A stretch of 26,409 bases of DNA from an uncultured Clostridia bacterium. Its GTDB lineage: Bacteria > Bacillota > Clostridia > TANB77 > CAG-508. This document shows, piece after piece, positions 1 to 8,615 of this stretch. The DNA lies in the NCBI GenBank assembly GCA_947589445.1, contig CANQAB010000009.1, positions 1 through 26,409 of the forward strand, written 5' to 3'. Every line of letters starts with the position of its first letter. Within the stretch, counting starts at the first letter, position 1. Below the pieces are notes generated by a model. It saw only the letters and a program-made list of their open reading frames with translations. It was not told the origin of the DNA and did not search any database. Position numbers and translations under genes: made by a program.

Positions 1-77
1 GGGGTGGAAGATGGGACTCGAACCCACGGTCTCCAGTGCCACAAACTGGCGCGTTAACCAACTACGCTACATCCACC
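1..77 (-). tRNA. tRNA-His (anticodon GTG); the 3' CCA is clipped by the window edge
   Basis: The reverse complement reads G(-1)+GTGGATG acceptor, D-arm AGCG..CGC, anticodon loop TTGTGGC (GTG), T-arm GTGGG-TTCGAGT-CCCAT and acceptor 3' strand CTTCCAC, followed by discriminator C and CC. The extra 5' G opposite C73 is the tRNA-His hallmark. Confidence 0.9.
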
Positions 78-113
78 GTTTGCATTATTATTTAACAACA
101 ATGCAATTTATAT

Positions 114-141
114 TTTATACTATTTTATATAATTTTGTCAA
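114..141 (-). promoter_or_regulatory. candidate sigma-A promoter for tRNA-His
   Basis: On the minus strand: TTGACA (136-141), a 16-nt spacer, then TATAAA (114-119), about 40 nt upstream of the tRNA 5' end. Confidence 0.4.
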
Positions 142-220
142 GTAAATTTTTAACTTTTTTGGTAAATGCAAATTAAAATAAATTTTTGATTAATTAATTC
201 ATTATTTATATATAAATTTA

Positions 221-892
221 TCAATCTTCTTTTGCTAATACAATCGTTCTAGCTTTACTGTCGTCTGTACACGTAGATAAGGATATTTCTCTTTTACCTT
301 GTGTATTTCTTGTTATATATGCTCCATCACTACCAGATGCCCTATACATATTGTATATTGTATATTTTACCTTTCTTCCTTGCATGTCTGTAATATATAT
401 TGTATCACCGTTACTAAGTTTTTTTACATTTGAAAACATCGTTCCATTTCTATAATTATGTCCAATAATAACTGAATTTCCTACTTCATTTAATCCGTTA
501 GATGTATATAACAAAACAACTGATGTTTTTAATGCTTGAGGTGTATTTTTATTTAATATTGGATATTTAAGGTTAATTGCTGGAATTTGTATTGTTCCTA
601 CTACTGGAAAACCTTTATAAGTTGTAGCTTGTGAAGTATTAGAATTATTACTAAATGTATCATCTACACCGCTTATACTTGATTTATCACCATTATTTTG
701 ATCTGAATTTTCATTATTATCTACTGATCCAACAACATTTTCAAATTGTGTTGCAGCCTCTAAAGCTCCTGTTTCAGTATAATACGCATTATACATTCTA
801 TATCCAATAATTCCAATAATTCCAATAATTGCTATAACCGCTATAACTAATATAACTGTAAGAAGGTTTCCATATTTACTATTATTAAACAT
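221..892 (-). CDS. sortase-family cysteine transpeptidase with an N-terminal membrane anchor
   Basis: N-terminal TM helix (LLTVILVIAVIAIIGIIGIIG), catalytic His context IIGHNY, TLxTC-type motif ISLSTCT, and a downstream conserved Arg (KARTIV). Confidence 0.85.
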   Translation of the reverse strand: MFNNSKYGNLLTVILVIAVIAIIGIIGIIGYRMYNAYYTETGALEAATQFENVVGSVDNNENSDQNNGDKSSISGVDDTFSNNSNTSQATTYKGFPVVGTIQIPAINLKYPILNKNTPQALKTSVVLLYTSNGLNEVGNSVIIGHNYRNGTMFSNVKKLSNGDTIYITDMQGRKVKYTIYNMYRASGSDGAYITRNTQGKREISLSTCTDDSKARTIVLAKED

Positions 893-996
893 ATCTTTTC
901 CTCCTTTGTACTTATTTATACCATTTTTATTATATCATATTTTTGTAATTTAGAAAAGCGATATTTAAAAATTACCTAAGATATGTGACTAAAATT

Positions 997-1335
997 TTAT
1001 ATATCAATACTTAGTTTTTTTCCTCCTAATAGGTGAAAATGTAAATGCATTACTTCTTGTCCCCCATCTTCTCCACAGTTATTTATAATTCTATATCCAT
1101 TATCTAGCTTTTGTTCCTTTGCAATTTTGGCTATAACTGTAAATATTTTTCCAATTAAAGATTCATCATTTTCTTTTATTTCCATGGCTGATGAAATATG
1201 TTTTTTTGGAATAATTAGAATGTGTACTGGTGCTTTTGGATTTATATCTTTAAAAGCTAGTATTTCGTCATCTTCATATACTTTTTCTGATGGAATTTCT
1301 CCATTTATAATTTTACAAAATAAACAATCTCTCAT
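997..1335 (-). CDS. HIT-family (histidine triad) nucleotide-binding protein
   Basis: C-terminal histidine triad HLHFHLLGG and an N-terminal CLFCKII motif. The ORF-track start at 1350 adds MRRKF, so the second Met at 1335 is the more likely start. Confidence 0.85.
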   Translation of the reverse strand: MRDCLFCKIINGEIPSEKVYEDDEILAFKDINPKAPVHILIIPKKHISSAMEIKENDESLIGKIFTVIAKIAKEQKLDNGYRIINNCGEDGGQEVMHLHFHLLGGKKLSIDI

Positions 1336-1397
1336 AAACTTTCTCCTCATTTTTTATTTGTATTTTAGATTATATAGATTTTTTATCTTTTTATATT

Positions 1398-3171
1398 TTA
1401 ATTTTCTAAAATTGCTTTTATACGACGAACACCTGCTGATGATGCTTCTTCTTTCTTTATTTTAAATCTTCCCAATTCACTTGTGTTATTAACATGGGGG
1501 CCTCCACATAGCTCTAAAGAAACATTTCCTATTTTATATACAGTTACAATGTCTCCATATTTTTCCACAAACATTGCTTCTGCTCCCATACCTATAGCTT
1601 CTTCTTTCTTCATTTCTAATTTTTCTACTGGAATTGCCATTTTTATATATTCATTTACTAAGTCTTCTACTTTTTTCTTTTCTTCATCTGTCATTTTAGT
1701 ATCATGTGAAAAATCAAATCTCATTCTTTCTGCTGTAATATTACTTCCTTTTTGATGAACATGATTTCCTAATACTTGTTTTAAAGCAGCATTTAAAAGA
1801 TGTGTAGCAGTGTGATATTTTGTTTCTATTTCTCCTGTAGAGGCAAGTCCTCCCTTAAATTTTTGATCTGCCCCTGCTCTAGATTTCTCTTGATGCTCTT
1901 GAAACCTTTTGTTAAATCCTTCTATATCTACTTCAAGATTTAATTCCTTTGCAAGCTCTATAGTAAGTTCTATTGGAAATCCAAAAGTATCATATAATCT
2001 GAAAGCTGCATCTTTATCTATTCTTTTATCTATTACATTTTTAGCAACTTTTTCAAATTCTTTTAGTCCTTTTTCTAATGTTCTATTAAATTTAATTTTT
2101 TCACTAGAAATAACTTCCAATATGTTATCTTTATTTGCTTCGATTTCTTTATAATATAACTTATACTTGTTAATTATTATTAAAGCAAGTTCTTTGTCCC
2201 AATCGCTTTCTATAGGTATGTTTAGTTTTTTAGCATGCCTTATCATTCTTCTTATTAATCTTCTTAAAACATAGCCTTGATCTTTGTTAGATGGCTTAAT
2301 GCCTGTATTATCTCCACTTATCATAACAATAGCTCTAATATGGTCTGCTATAATTCTCATGCTTGCAGTATATCTTTCATCTTCATAAGATAATCCTGAT
2401 AGTTTTTCTATTTTTTCTATAACATCCCTCCATATAGAAGATTGGTAATTGTCTGTATATCCTTCTAAAATGGCTGTTACTCTTTCAACTCCTAAGCCAG
2501 TATCCACATTTTTATTTTTTAGAGGAGTAAATGTTCCATTTTCTTCATGGTTATATTGCATAAAAACATTATTCCATATTTCTACCCAATTTTCATCATT
2601 CACATCGAATTTTTCTGGTACAGCTTCTGTACTTCTCCAGTAAAATATTTCTGTATCTGGTCCACATGGTCCGTGACATATCCATATTAGGCCACCAGTT
2701 ATCCTGTTCTCCTAAAAAGGCTATTTTATTCTCTTTAATGCCTAAATTTTTCCAAATTTCAGCTGACTCTGTATCTGCTGGTACAATTTCATTTCCTTTA
2801 AATATTGTTACAGCTAACTTTTCTACTGGTATTTTTAGATATTTAGTCAATAATTCAAAACTCCAAGATATAGATTCCTTTTTAAAATAATCTCCTAAAG
2901 ACCAATTTCCAAGCATTTCAAAAAATGTATGATGTGTTTTGTCTCCTACTTCATCTAAATCGTTTGTTCTAAAACATTTCTGTACATCTACTAATCTTTT
3001 TCCTTCTGGATGAACTTGTCCTTTTAGGTATGGTACTAATGGTTGCATACCTGCTGTATTAAATAAGCATGTAGGATCATTTTCTGGAATAATTGGTGCA
3101 CTTGGTATTATTTTATGTCCTCTTTCCTCAAAAAATTTCAAATATGTTTGCTTTAAATATATTTCGTTCAT
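1398..3171 (-). CDS. alaS: alanine--tRNA ligase, short form (~590 aa, no C-Ala domain). It is interrupted by a +1 frame break at in-frame CGG (2671-2673), so a pipeline would call it a pseudogene or two ORFs.
   Basis: The N-terminal ORF carries class II AlaRS motifs ([31 protein letters not shown]). The +1 frame continues [11 protein letters not shown] and later the editing-domain motifs HTATHLL and CGGPHV. The two ORFs, 2596..3171 and 1398..2603, overlap in different frames. Confidence 0.85.
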
Positions 3172-3204
3172 TATAATATCTCCTTTTATAACTATATGAA
3201 TAAA

Positions 3205-3233
3205 ATTATATTACATTAATAAGAAAAAATCAA
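3205..3233 (-). promoter_or_regulatory. candidate sigma-A promoter for the AlaRS-like gene
   Basis: On the minus strand: TTGATT (3228-3233), a 17-nt spacer, then TATAAT (3205-3210). The leader is short and contains no T-box. Confidence 0.5.
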
Positions 3234-3241
3234 TAAAATAA

Positions 3242-3276
3242 AGCTCTATATATTAAACTTTTTAATATATAAAGCT
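3242..3276 (-). terminator. intrinsic terminator after the S41 protease gene
   Basis: A 16-bp stem with one mismatch (AGCTCTATATATTAAA / TTTAATATATAAAGCT), followed on the minus strand by TTATTTTATTGATTTTTT. Confidence 0.6.
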
Positions 3277-3308
3277 AACTCTTTTAGTATAATAGGGAAT
3301 TTTTTATA

Positions 3309-4508
3309 TTACTTATTTTCTAACATATTAATTGCTTCCTTTAATTGTGTATCATCCTTTCTTTCAACATTAAATACACTTTTTACTGTTTCTGGTAAAG
3401 ATACTACTTTATCTGGTTCAATACCTATTTTATTTATTTGATTTCTATTTGGAGTATAATATTCTGCTGTTGTTATTTTTATTCCGCTTCCATCACTCAA
3501 TGTAAGTAATTCTTGAATAACACCTTTTCCATACGTTTTTTCACCTATAACAGTAGCCTTTCCATGTTCTTTTAATGCTGCTGTTAATATTTCTGATGCA
3601 CTAGCTGTATTTTCGTTTACCAAAATAACAACTGGTTGTGTTACAATTGGTTTTTTCTTACTTACTTCTATTTCTTCTTTACCATCTTTATCTTCTGTTA
3701 TAAGCATAACATCATTTTTTTCTAATACATCGTCTGCAATTTCTAAGGCTTCATCTACTATTCCTCCACCGTTATTTCTTAAATCAATAATTAATCCTTT
3801 TATATCATTCTTATTTATTTTATTATACTCATTTTTAAATTCTTCTGCTACATTATCATCAAATGAACTGATGTTAATATAGCCTATTTTACTATCTATT
3901 ATTTCTGATTTTATAGGATATAAATCTATACTTTTTCTTTCAACATTAAAAGTATATTCTTTTCCATTTCTCTCTATTTCTATTTTAACATTTGTTTCTT
4001 CTTTACTTTTTATATAATCTGATACTTTGTCAAAATCATCTCCTGTATATTCAACATCATCAATTTTTCTAATAATATCTTCTGGCAATATTCCAGCTTC
4101 TTCTGCAGGTGAATTCTCTATAGGAGATAAAACTACTATTGTATTATCTTCTGTATTTTTTACAATATAAATACCAATTCCTACATAATTTCCTTCTGTT
4201 TCAATTTTAAATTCATCCATTTCTTGCTTAGTAAAATACTCTGTATATTCATCACCTAATCCAGATACATATCCCTTTATTGCTCCATTTATTAGGTCTT
4301 CTTCTTCTACATTAGAAATATATTTACTATTTATTATTTCCTTTATTGCATATATTTTTTTAACTAAATCTGCATTAATTATTTGCCCACTTGAATAAAC
4401 ATTTCCTCCTAGCTTATTATACATAAAAACACTAGTTAATATAAAAGTAATAATTGCCACTACTATAGCTAACATAATAGATTTATAAATTCTTTTTGAA
4501 TAATTCAT
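3309..4508 (-). CDS. S41-family C-terminal processing peptidase (CtpA/CtpB-like) with a PDZ domain
   Basis: N-terminal TM segment, PDZ-like segment (GIGIYIV...SPAEEAGILPEDIIRKID), and S41 motifs IIDLRNNGGG, NENTASASEI and GEKTYGKG. Confidence 0.9.
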   Translation of the reverse strand: MNYSKRIYKSIMLAIVVAIITFILTSVFMYNKLGGNVYSSGQIINADLVKKIYAIKEIINSKYISNVEEEDLINGAIKGYVSGLGDEYTEYFTKQEMDEFKIETEGNYVGIGIYIVKNTEDNTIVVLSPIENSPAEEAGILPEDIIRKIDDVEYTGDDFDKVSDYIKSKEETNVKIEIERNGKEYTFNVERKSIDLYPIKSEIIDSKIGYINISSFDDNVAEEFKNEYNKINKNDIKGLIIDLRNNGGGIVDEALEIADDVLEKNDVMLITEDKDGKEEIEVSKKKPIVTQPVVILVNENTASASEILTAALKEHGKATVIGEKTYGKGVIQELLTLSDGSGIKITTAEYYTPNRNQINKIGIEPDKVVSLPETVKSVFNVERKDDTQLKEAINMLENK

Positions 4509-4539
4509 ATCTTTTTACTCCCTTAGAATATTATATTAG

Positions 4540-4567
4540 AAAAATGAGGGGTTATACCCTCATTTTT
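4540..4567 (-). terminator. intrinsic terminator hairpin after the M23 peptidase gene
   Basis: AAAAATGAGGG-gttata-CCCTCATTTTT. The flanking A and T runs would let it function in either direction. Confidence 0.6.
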
Positions 4568-4572
4568 TATTT

Positions 4573-5700
4573 TTATCCTTGCTGTAACCATGTTTGTGGA
4601 TTTACATTTACTCCCTTAATTAATACCTCAAAGTGCAAATGTGGTCCACTTCCTATTCCGGTGTTTCCACTTAAAACTATAGTTTGTCCAGCTTTTACTT
4701 TATCTCCTACAGATGCTTTAAAAGAACCCGCACTGCAATGTTGATATAAAGTAACAACTCCACCTCCGTGATCTACCATTATGTAATATCCTCTTGCTCT
4801 ATTAAATCCTGTAAATAATACTGTTCCATCTAAAACAGATACTACTGATGATCCTATTGGACATCCAATATCTATTCCCTTATGATTAGTTGTAGCTCCT
4901 GGTATTCCTGTATTTCTTCCTCCATAAGGAGACGTAATTCTTGTAGATGCTGGACAAGGCCACACTTTATTTCCTCCAACAAATGCTCCTGTACTTCCAC
5001 TACTTGCTACTTTACTTGCTTGTCTTTCTGCTTCTCTTATTAATTCATCATATTCATCTATTTTCTTCTGTAATTCTTTTTCCTCAGATGATAATTGTGA
5101 TATTTTATTGTTTTTCTGACTTTTTTGATTTGTTAATATTACATTTATTTTTTCTTGATTTGCCTTTTTAGTTTTAACTTCTTTTTGTTTTTCTTCTAGT
5201 TGTTTAGTATCGTTTTCAATTTTATTTTTTTGTTCTTCTATAGTAGTTAGTAATTCTGTATCTTTTTCTACTATTTCAGATAGCAAAAAATAGTTAGAAA
5301 TAAAATCTAGTATTCCTTCAGAATTTAGTAATACATCTAGATAGTTAACTTTTCCCTTTTCGTAATCAATTGCTATTTTCTGTTTTAAAGCATCTTCCTG
5401 CTTAGTATATTGTTCTTTAGTTTCTTCTAAATCCTTCTTTAATTCTTTAATTTCTTTATCTAATTTTATAAGCTCTGAATTAATATCTGTTAATTTTTCC
5501 TGATTTTCCTCTATTGATACTCCTAATTCTTCTACTTCTTTCATAATTGCACTTTTTTCAGCTTTTACTTCTTTTTGTTCCTCTTTTGCTTCATCTTTTT
5601 TTTCTTGTAATCCAGAAATAGTATTATCTGCAAAAATAGGTAAAGTTAAAGATGATATTAATACTATTGTTGTTAAAATAGTTATTATTTTTTTTAGCAT
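4573..5700 (-). CDS. M23-family peptidoglycan metalloendopeptidase with a long N-terminal coiled coil (EnvC/PcsB-like partner of FtsEX)
   Basis: Signal/anchor peptide, about 200 aa of heptad-rich E/K sequence, and a C-terminal LytM domain with HKGIDIG (HxxxD) and GPHLHFEV (HxH). Confidence 0.9.
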   Translation of the reverse strand: MLKKIITILTTIVLISSLTLPIFADNTISGLQEKKDEAKEEQKEVKAEKSAIMKEVEELGVSIEENQEKLTDINSELIKLDKEIKELKKDLEETKEQYTKQEDALKQKIAIDYEKGKVNYLDVLLNSEGILDFISNYFLLSEIVEKDTELLTTIEEQKNKIENDTKQLEEKQKEVKTKKANQEKINVILTNQKSQKNNKISQLSSEEKELQKKIDEYDELIREAERQASKVASSGSTGAFVGGNKVWPCPASTRITSPYGGRNTGIPGATTNHKGIDIGCPIGSSVVSVLDGTVLFTGFNRARGYYIMVDHGGGVVTLYQHCSAGSFKASVGDKVKAGQTIVLSGNTGIGSGPHLHFEVLIKGVNVNPQTWLQQG

Positions 5701-5702
5701 TT

Positions 5703-6617
5703 TTACACCTCCAAATATTTCTTCATAGACATAGAGCTTCCTAATACACCAATTCCAATTCCTAACATTAAATATACAATAATAATCATATTAAACATAT
5801 CAGCAAAACTTACAAAAGTAATTCCTAATTTTTGTATAGTAGGTGAAGATAGCAATCCGTTAGCAGCCATTTTATAAAGTCCTCCTACAATTAGAATAGA
5901 AATACAAGCAGATAATATTCCAATTATCATACCTTCTACTATAAAAGGCCACCTAATAAAAGAATTAGTTGCACCTACATATTTCATAATAGATATTTCT
6001 TTTCTTCTAGCATACACAGTAAGTTTTATTGTGTTAGATATAATAAAAATAGCCCCTATTACTAACCCTACTAAAATTACCATTGTAACAATTCTAATTC
6101 CATTTGTAATATTTACTAATTTTTCAATAGTAGTATTAGCACTAGTAATTTCTTTAATATTATCTAGCTCGTTTACTTTTGCTATAACCTGATTTGAGAG
6201 TTTTAAATCCGTAAAATTAATGATATATGAATCAGGTATAACAGATTGATATGAATCAATTAAATAACTTTTATCTCCATATCGCTCTTTATATCTTTCA
6301 AAGCCTTCTTCTTTTGATAAAAATTCTACTTTACTAATTCCTTCAATTGCTTTTAATTGTTCTCCTAAAGTTTTTATTTCTTCATCTGTTGCATCTAATT
6401 TAATAAATACCTCTATTGCTTGTGCATTTTCTACAGTTTTCATAATATGATTTACATTTTCGCCAATTATAAAAAATAATCCAAATATTAACATAGATAT
6501 ACACATAACTAACATTGCTGAAAATGTAGATTTTTTATTTTTAAATGTGTTCCTAAAACCTTCTCCAATTAAGTACCCAACTATATTAAACTTCACTATC
6601 ATACCCACCTTTTTCAC
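5703..6617 (-). CDS. ftsX: cell-division permease-like protein FtsX
   Basis: One N-terminal TM segment, an extracellular domain of about 100 aa, and three C-terminal TM segments. It lies directly downstream of ftsE and overlaps it. An alternative start is the Met at 6602. Confidence 0.9.
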   Translation of the reverse strand: MKKVGMIVKFNIVGYLIGEGFRNTFKNKKSTFSAMLVMCISMLIFGLFFIIGENVNHIMKTVENAQAIEVFIKLDATDEEIKTLGEQLKAIEGISKVEFLSKEEGFERYKERYGDKSYLIDSYQSVIPDSYIINFTDLKLSNQVIAKVNELDNIKEITSANTTIEKLVNITNGIRIVTMVILVGLVIGAIFIISNTIKLTVYARRKEISIMKYVGATNSFIRWPFIVEGMIIGILSACISILIVGGLYKMAANGLLSSPTIQKLGITFVSFADMFNMIIIVYLMLGIGIGVLGSSMSMKKYLEV

Positions 6618-7272
6618 TATCTCTTATAATGATACCTTTATCTATTTGTATAACTCTCTTTTTCATTCTATCTACAATATCCTTAGCATGCGTAGCTACT
6701 ACTACAGTTGTACCTCTTTTATTTATATCATCTAGTAATGTCATAATATCCCAAGCAGTTTCTGGGTCTAAATTTCCTGTTGGTTCATCTGCTATTAGCA
6801 TGGATGGATTATTTACCAATGCTCTTGCTAATGCAACTCTTTGTTGCTCTCCTCCAGATAATTCATTAGGATACATTTTTGCCTTGCCACTTAACCCTAC
6901 TAAAGATAAAACCATTGGAACTTGTCTTCTAATATGTCTTGGAGTAGCTCTTACTATATACATTGCAAAAGCAACATTTTCATAAACTGTTTTATCTGGC
7001 AATAGTCTAAAGTCCTGGAAAACGACTCCCATACTTCTTCTTAAATATGGCACTCTAGATTTTTTTAAAAAAGTAGTATCTTTACCATTAATAATAATAT
7101 TACCAGAAGAAGGTTCTTCTTCTTTTAATATTAATTTTATTAACGTTGATTTTCCTGAACCAGATGTTCCAACTAAGAAAGCAAAATCTCCCTTATTTAT
7201 TTTAAAAGTAGCGCTATGTACAGCTTCTGTACCTGTTGAATATGTTTTACTTACATTTCTAAATTCTATCAT
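6586..7272 (-). CDS. ftsE: cell-division ATP-binding protein FtsE
   Basis: Walker A GTSGSGKST, ABC signature LSGGEQQR, Walker B LIADEPTG. The typical FtsE N-terminus MIEFRNVSKTY begins at 7272; the ORF extends upstream to 7302. Confidence 0.9.
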   Translation of the reverse strand: MIEFRNVSKTYSTGTEAVHSATFKINKGDFAFLVGTSGSGKSTLIKLILKEEEPSSGNIIINGKDTTFLKKSRVPYLRRSMGVVFQDFRLLPDKTVYENVAFAMYIVRATPRHIRRQVPMVLSLVGLSGKAKMYPNELSGGEQQRVALARALVNNPSMLIADEPTGNLDPETAWDIMTLLDDINKRGTTVVVATHAKDIVDRMKKRVIQIDKGIIIRDSEKGGYDSEV

Positions 7273-7322
7273 TTTTTGATACATTCCTTCCTTATGTCGC
7301 AAAGAAATTTTTACTCATTAAT

Positions 7323-7351
7323 ATCATAACAATATTCTACAATTATTGCAA
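7323..7351 (-). promoter_or_regulatory. candidate sigma-A promoter for the ftsE-ftsX-M23 operon
   Basis: On the minus strand: TTGCAA (7346-7351), a 17-nt spacer, then TATGAT (7323-7328). Confidence 0.5.
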
Positions 7352-7387
7352 GCATTTTGGGCAAAAAAAATAAATGTAAATTCATGG

Positions 7388-7432
7388 AATTTTTAATATG
7401 TTTTGGTATAAAACCAAAACATATTAAAAATT
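7388..7432 (-). terminator. 19-bp perfect hairpin immediately after the transketolase C-subunit stop codon
   Basis: AATTTTTAATATGTTTTGG-tataaaa-CCAAAACATATTAAAAATT. The U-run is not immediately adjacent, so it could be a terminator or an mRNA-stabilising hairpin. Confidence 0.5.
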
Positions 7433-7433
7433 A

Positions 7434-8387
7434 TTAATTCTGCGTATTATTCAAATACACATTAACGATATCCTCAGCAGTAATATGAAAAAATTTCATT
7501 AACTCTTCACCTTTTCCAGATGTACCAAATGTATCGTTAATTCCCATTCTAATTACATTTTTTGGATATTCTGTTGATAACACTTCACACACACTGCTTC
7601 CTAATCCACCTATTATATTATGGTCTTCAATAGTAATTATTTTTTTTGTTTCTTTTGCTGCCTTTATAATAATATCTTTATCTATAGGTTTAATAGTATG
7701 TATGTCTATAACCCTAATATCAATTCCTTGTTTTTTTAATTTTTCCTGCGCTTTTAAAGCTTCAGCAACTACAATACCTGTTGCAATAACTGTACCATCT
7801 GTTCCCTCTCCAAATTGATGTCCTTTTCCAATTTCGAATTTGGTATCATCATTATAAATTATTGGTGAAGCAAGTCTGCATAATCTTAAATATACTGGTC
7901 CATTTATTTTTGCTATTTCTTTTACAGCCCATCTTGTTTGTGTATCATCTGATGTAGATAAAACAGTCATATTAGGAAGCGTTCTCATCATACTTATATC
8001 TTCAATCATTTGATGAGTTGCTCCATCTTCTCCAGCTGTTACTCCACTATGTGTAGCACATATTTTTACATTTAGCTTTGGATAAGCAATACTATTTCTT
8101 ATTTGATCATAAGCTCTACCTGTTGCAAAAACGGCAAAGCTACTTACATATGGAATAAAATTAAATGTAGCTATCCCTGCTGCTACACTTATTAAATTTT
8201 GTTCTGCTATTCCAATATCGAAAAATCTATCTGGAAACTGTTTTGCAAATATCTCTGTTTTAGTAGTTTTAGAAAGGTCTGCATCTAATACAATTATTTT
8301 TTCACTTTCTTTTCCTAATTCTGCTAATGCCTCTCCATAACTTTGCCTTGTTGCTATTTTTTTATCCCAATTCATAATTAATCTCAT
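7434..8387 (-). CDS. transketolase, C-terminal (pyrimidine-binding) subunit
   Basis: ATRQSYGEALAELG, IAEQN and the ThDP/Pyr-domain layout are typical of split transketolases. The start is either 8387 (its ATG overlaps the TGA of the upstream mini-ORF) or 8375 (MNWDKK). Confidence 0.9.
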   Translation of the reverse strand: MRLIMNWDKKIATRQSYGEALAELGKESEKIIVLDADLSKTTKTEIFAKQFPDRFFDIGIAEQNLISVAAGIATFNFIPYVSSFAVFATGRAYDQIRNSIAYPKLNVKICATHSGVTAGEDGATHQMIEDISMMRTLPNMTVLSTSDDTQTRWAVKEIAKINGPVYLRLCRLASPIIYNDDTKFEIGKGHQFGEGTDGTVIATGIVVAEALKAQEKLKKQGIDIRVIDIHTIKPIDKDIIIKAAKETKKIITIEDHNIIGGLGSSVCEVLSTEYPKNVIRMGINDTFGTSGKGEELMKFFHITAEDIVNVYLNNTQN

Positions 8388-8530
8388 TCCTTTCTAAGGC
8401 ACAAATCTGGTTGGAAAAGAATTAAATTTTGACTAGGAAAACGAATTTGAAATTTATGAGGCGTACTTTTTGTACGTTGATTAAATTTCAAATGATGTTT
8501 GACAACGCCAAAATTGTAATTATTTTTCAA
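8384..8530 (-). CDS. possible 48-aa basic mini-ORF (TTG start) within the transketolase intergenic palindrome
   Basis: A perfect SD, AGGAGG (8537-8542), lies 6 nt upstream of a TTG at 8530. The stop TGA overlaps the ATG at 8387 as ATGA. I recognise no homology, and the ORF may be incidental to the hairpin. Confidence 0.2.
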   Translation of the reverse strand: MKNNYNFGVVKHHLKFNQRTKSTPHKFQIRFPSQNLILFQPDLCLRKE

Positions 8531-8532
8531 CC
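8409..8532. repeat. 124-bp imperfect palindrome (long hairpin element) between the two transketolase subunit genes
   Basis: The arms GGTTGGAAAAGAATTAAATTTTG...ATTTGAAATTTA..GTAC and GTAC..TAAATTTCAAAT...CAAAATTGTAATTATTTTTCAACC are centred on a TTTTT loop at 8467-8471. Confidence 0.7.
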
Positions 8533-8615
8533 TTTTCCTCCTAATATCTATTAAGTTCACATTATTCATATTATATGTTTACTTATTCATTTACTTATTT
8601 AAAAACTGTTGTTAG

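Noticed and set aside
804-847. 9-bp tandem repeat (CCAATAATT x3, then GCTATAAC x2) inside the sortase gene.
   Set aside because: It encodes the IIGIIGIIG / VIAVIA stretch of the TM helix, is in frame and is very short. It is most simply a compositional feature of a hydrophobic anchor, not a contingency locus.
8384-8569. The 61-aa ATG-initiated version of the ORF in the transketolase intergenic region.
   Set aside because: There is no SD before the ATG at 8569. The only credible initiation signal is AGGAGG followed by the TTG at 8530, and even that mini-ORF may be incidental to the palindrome.
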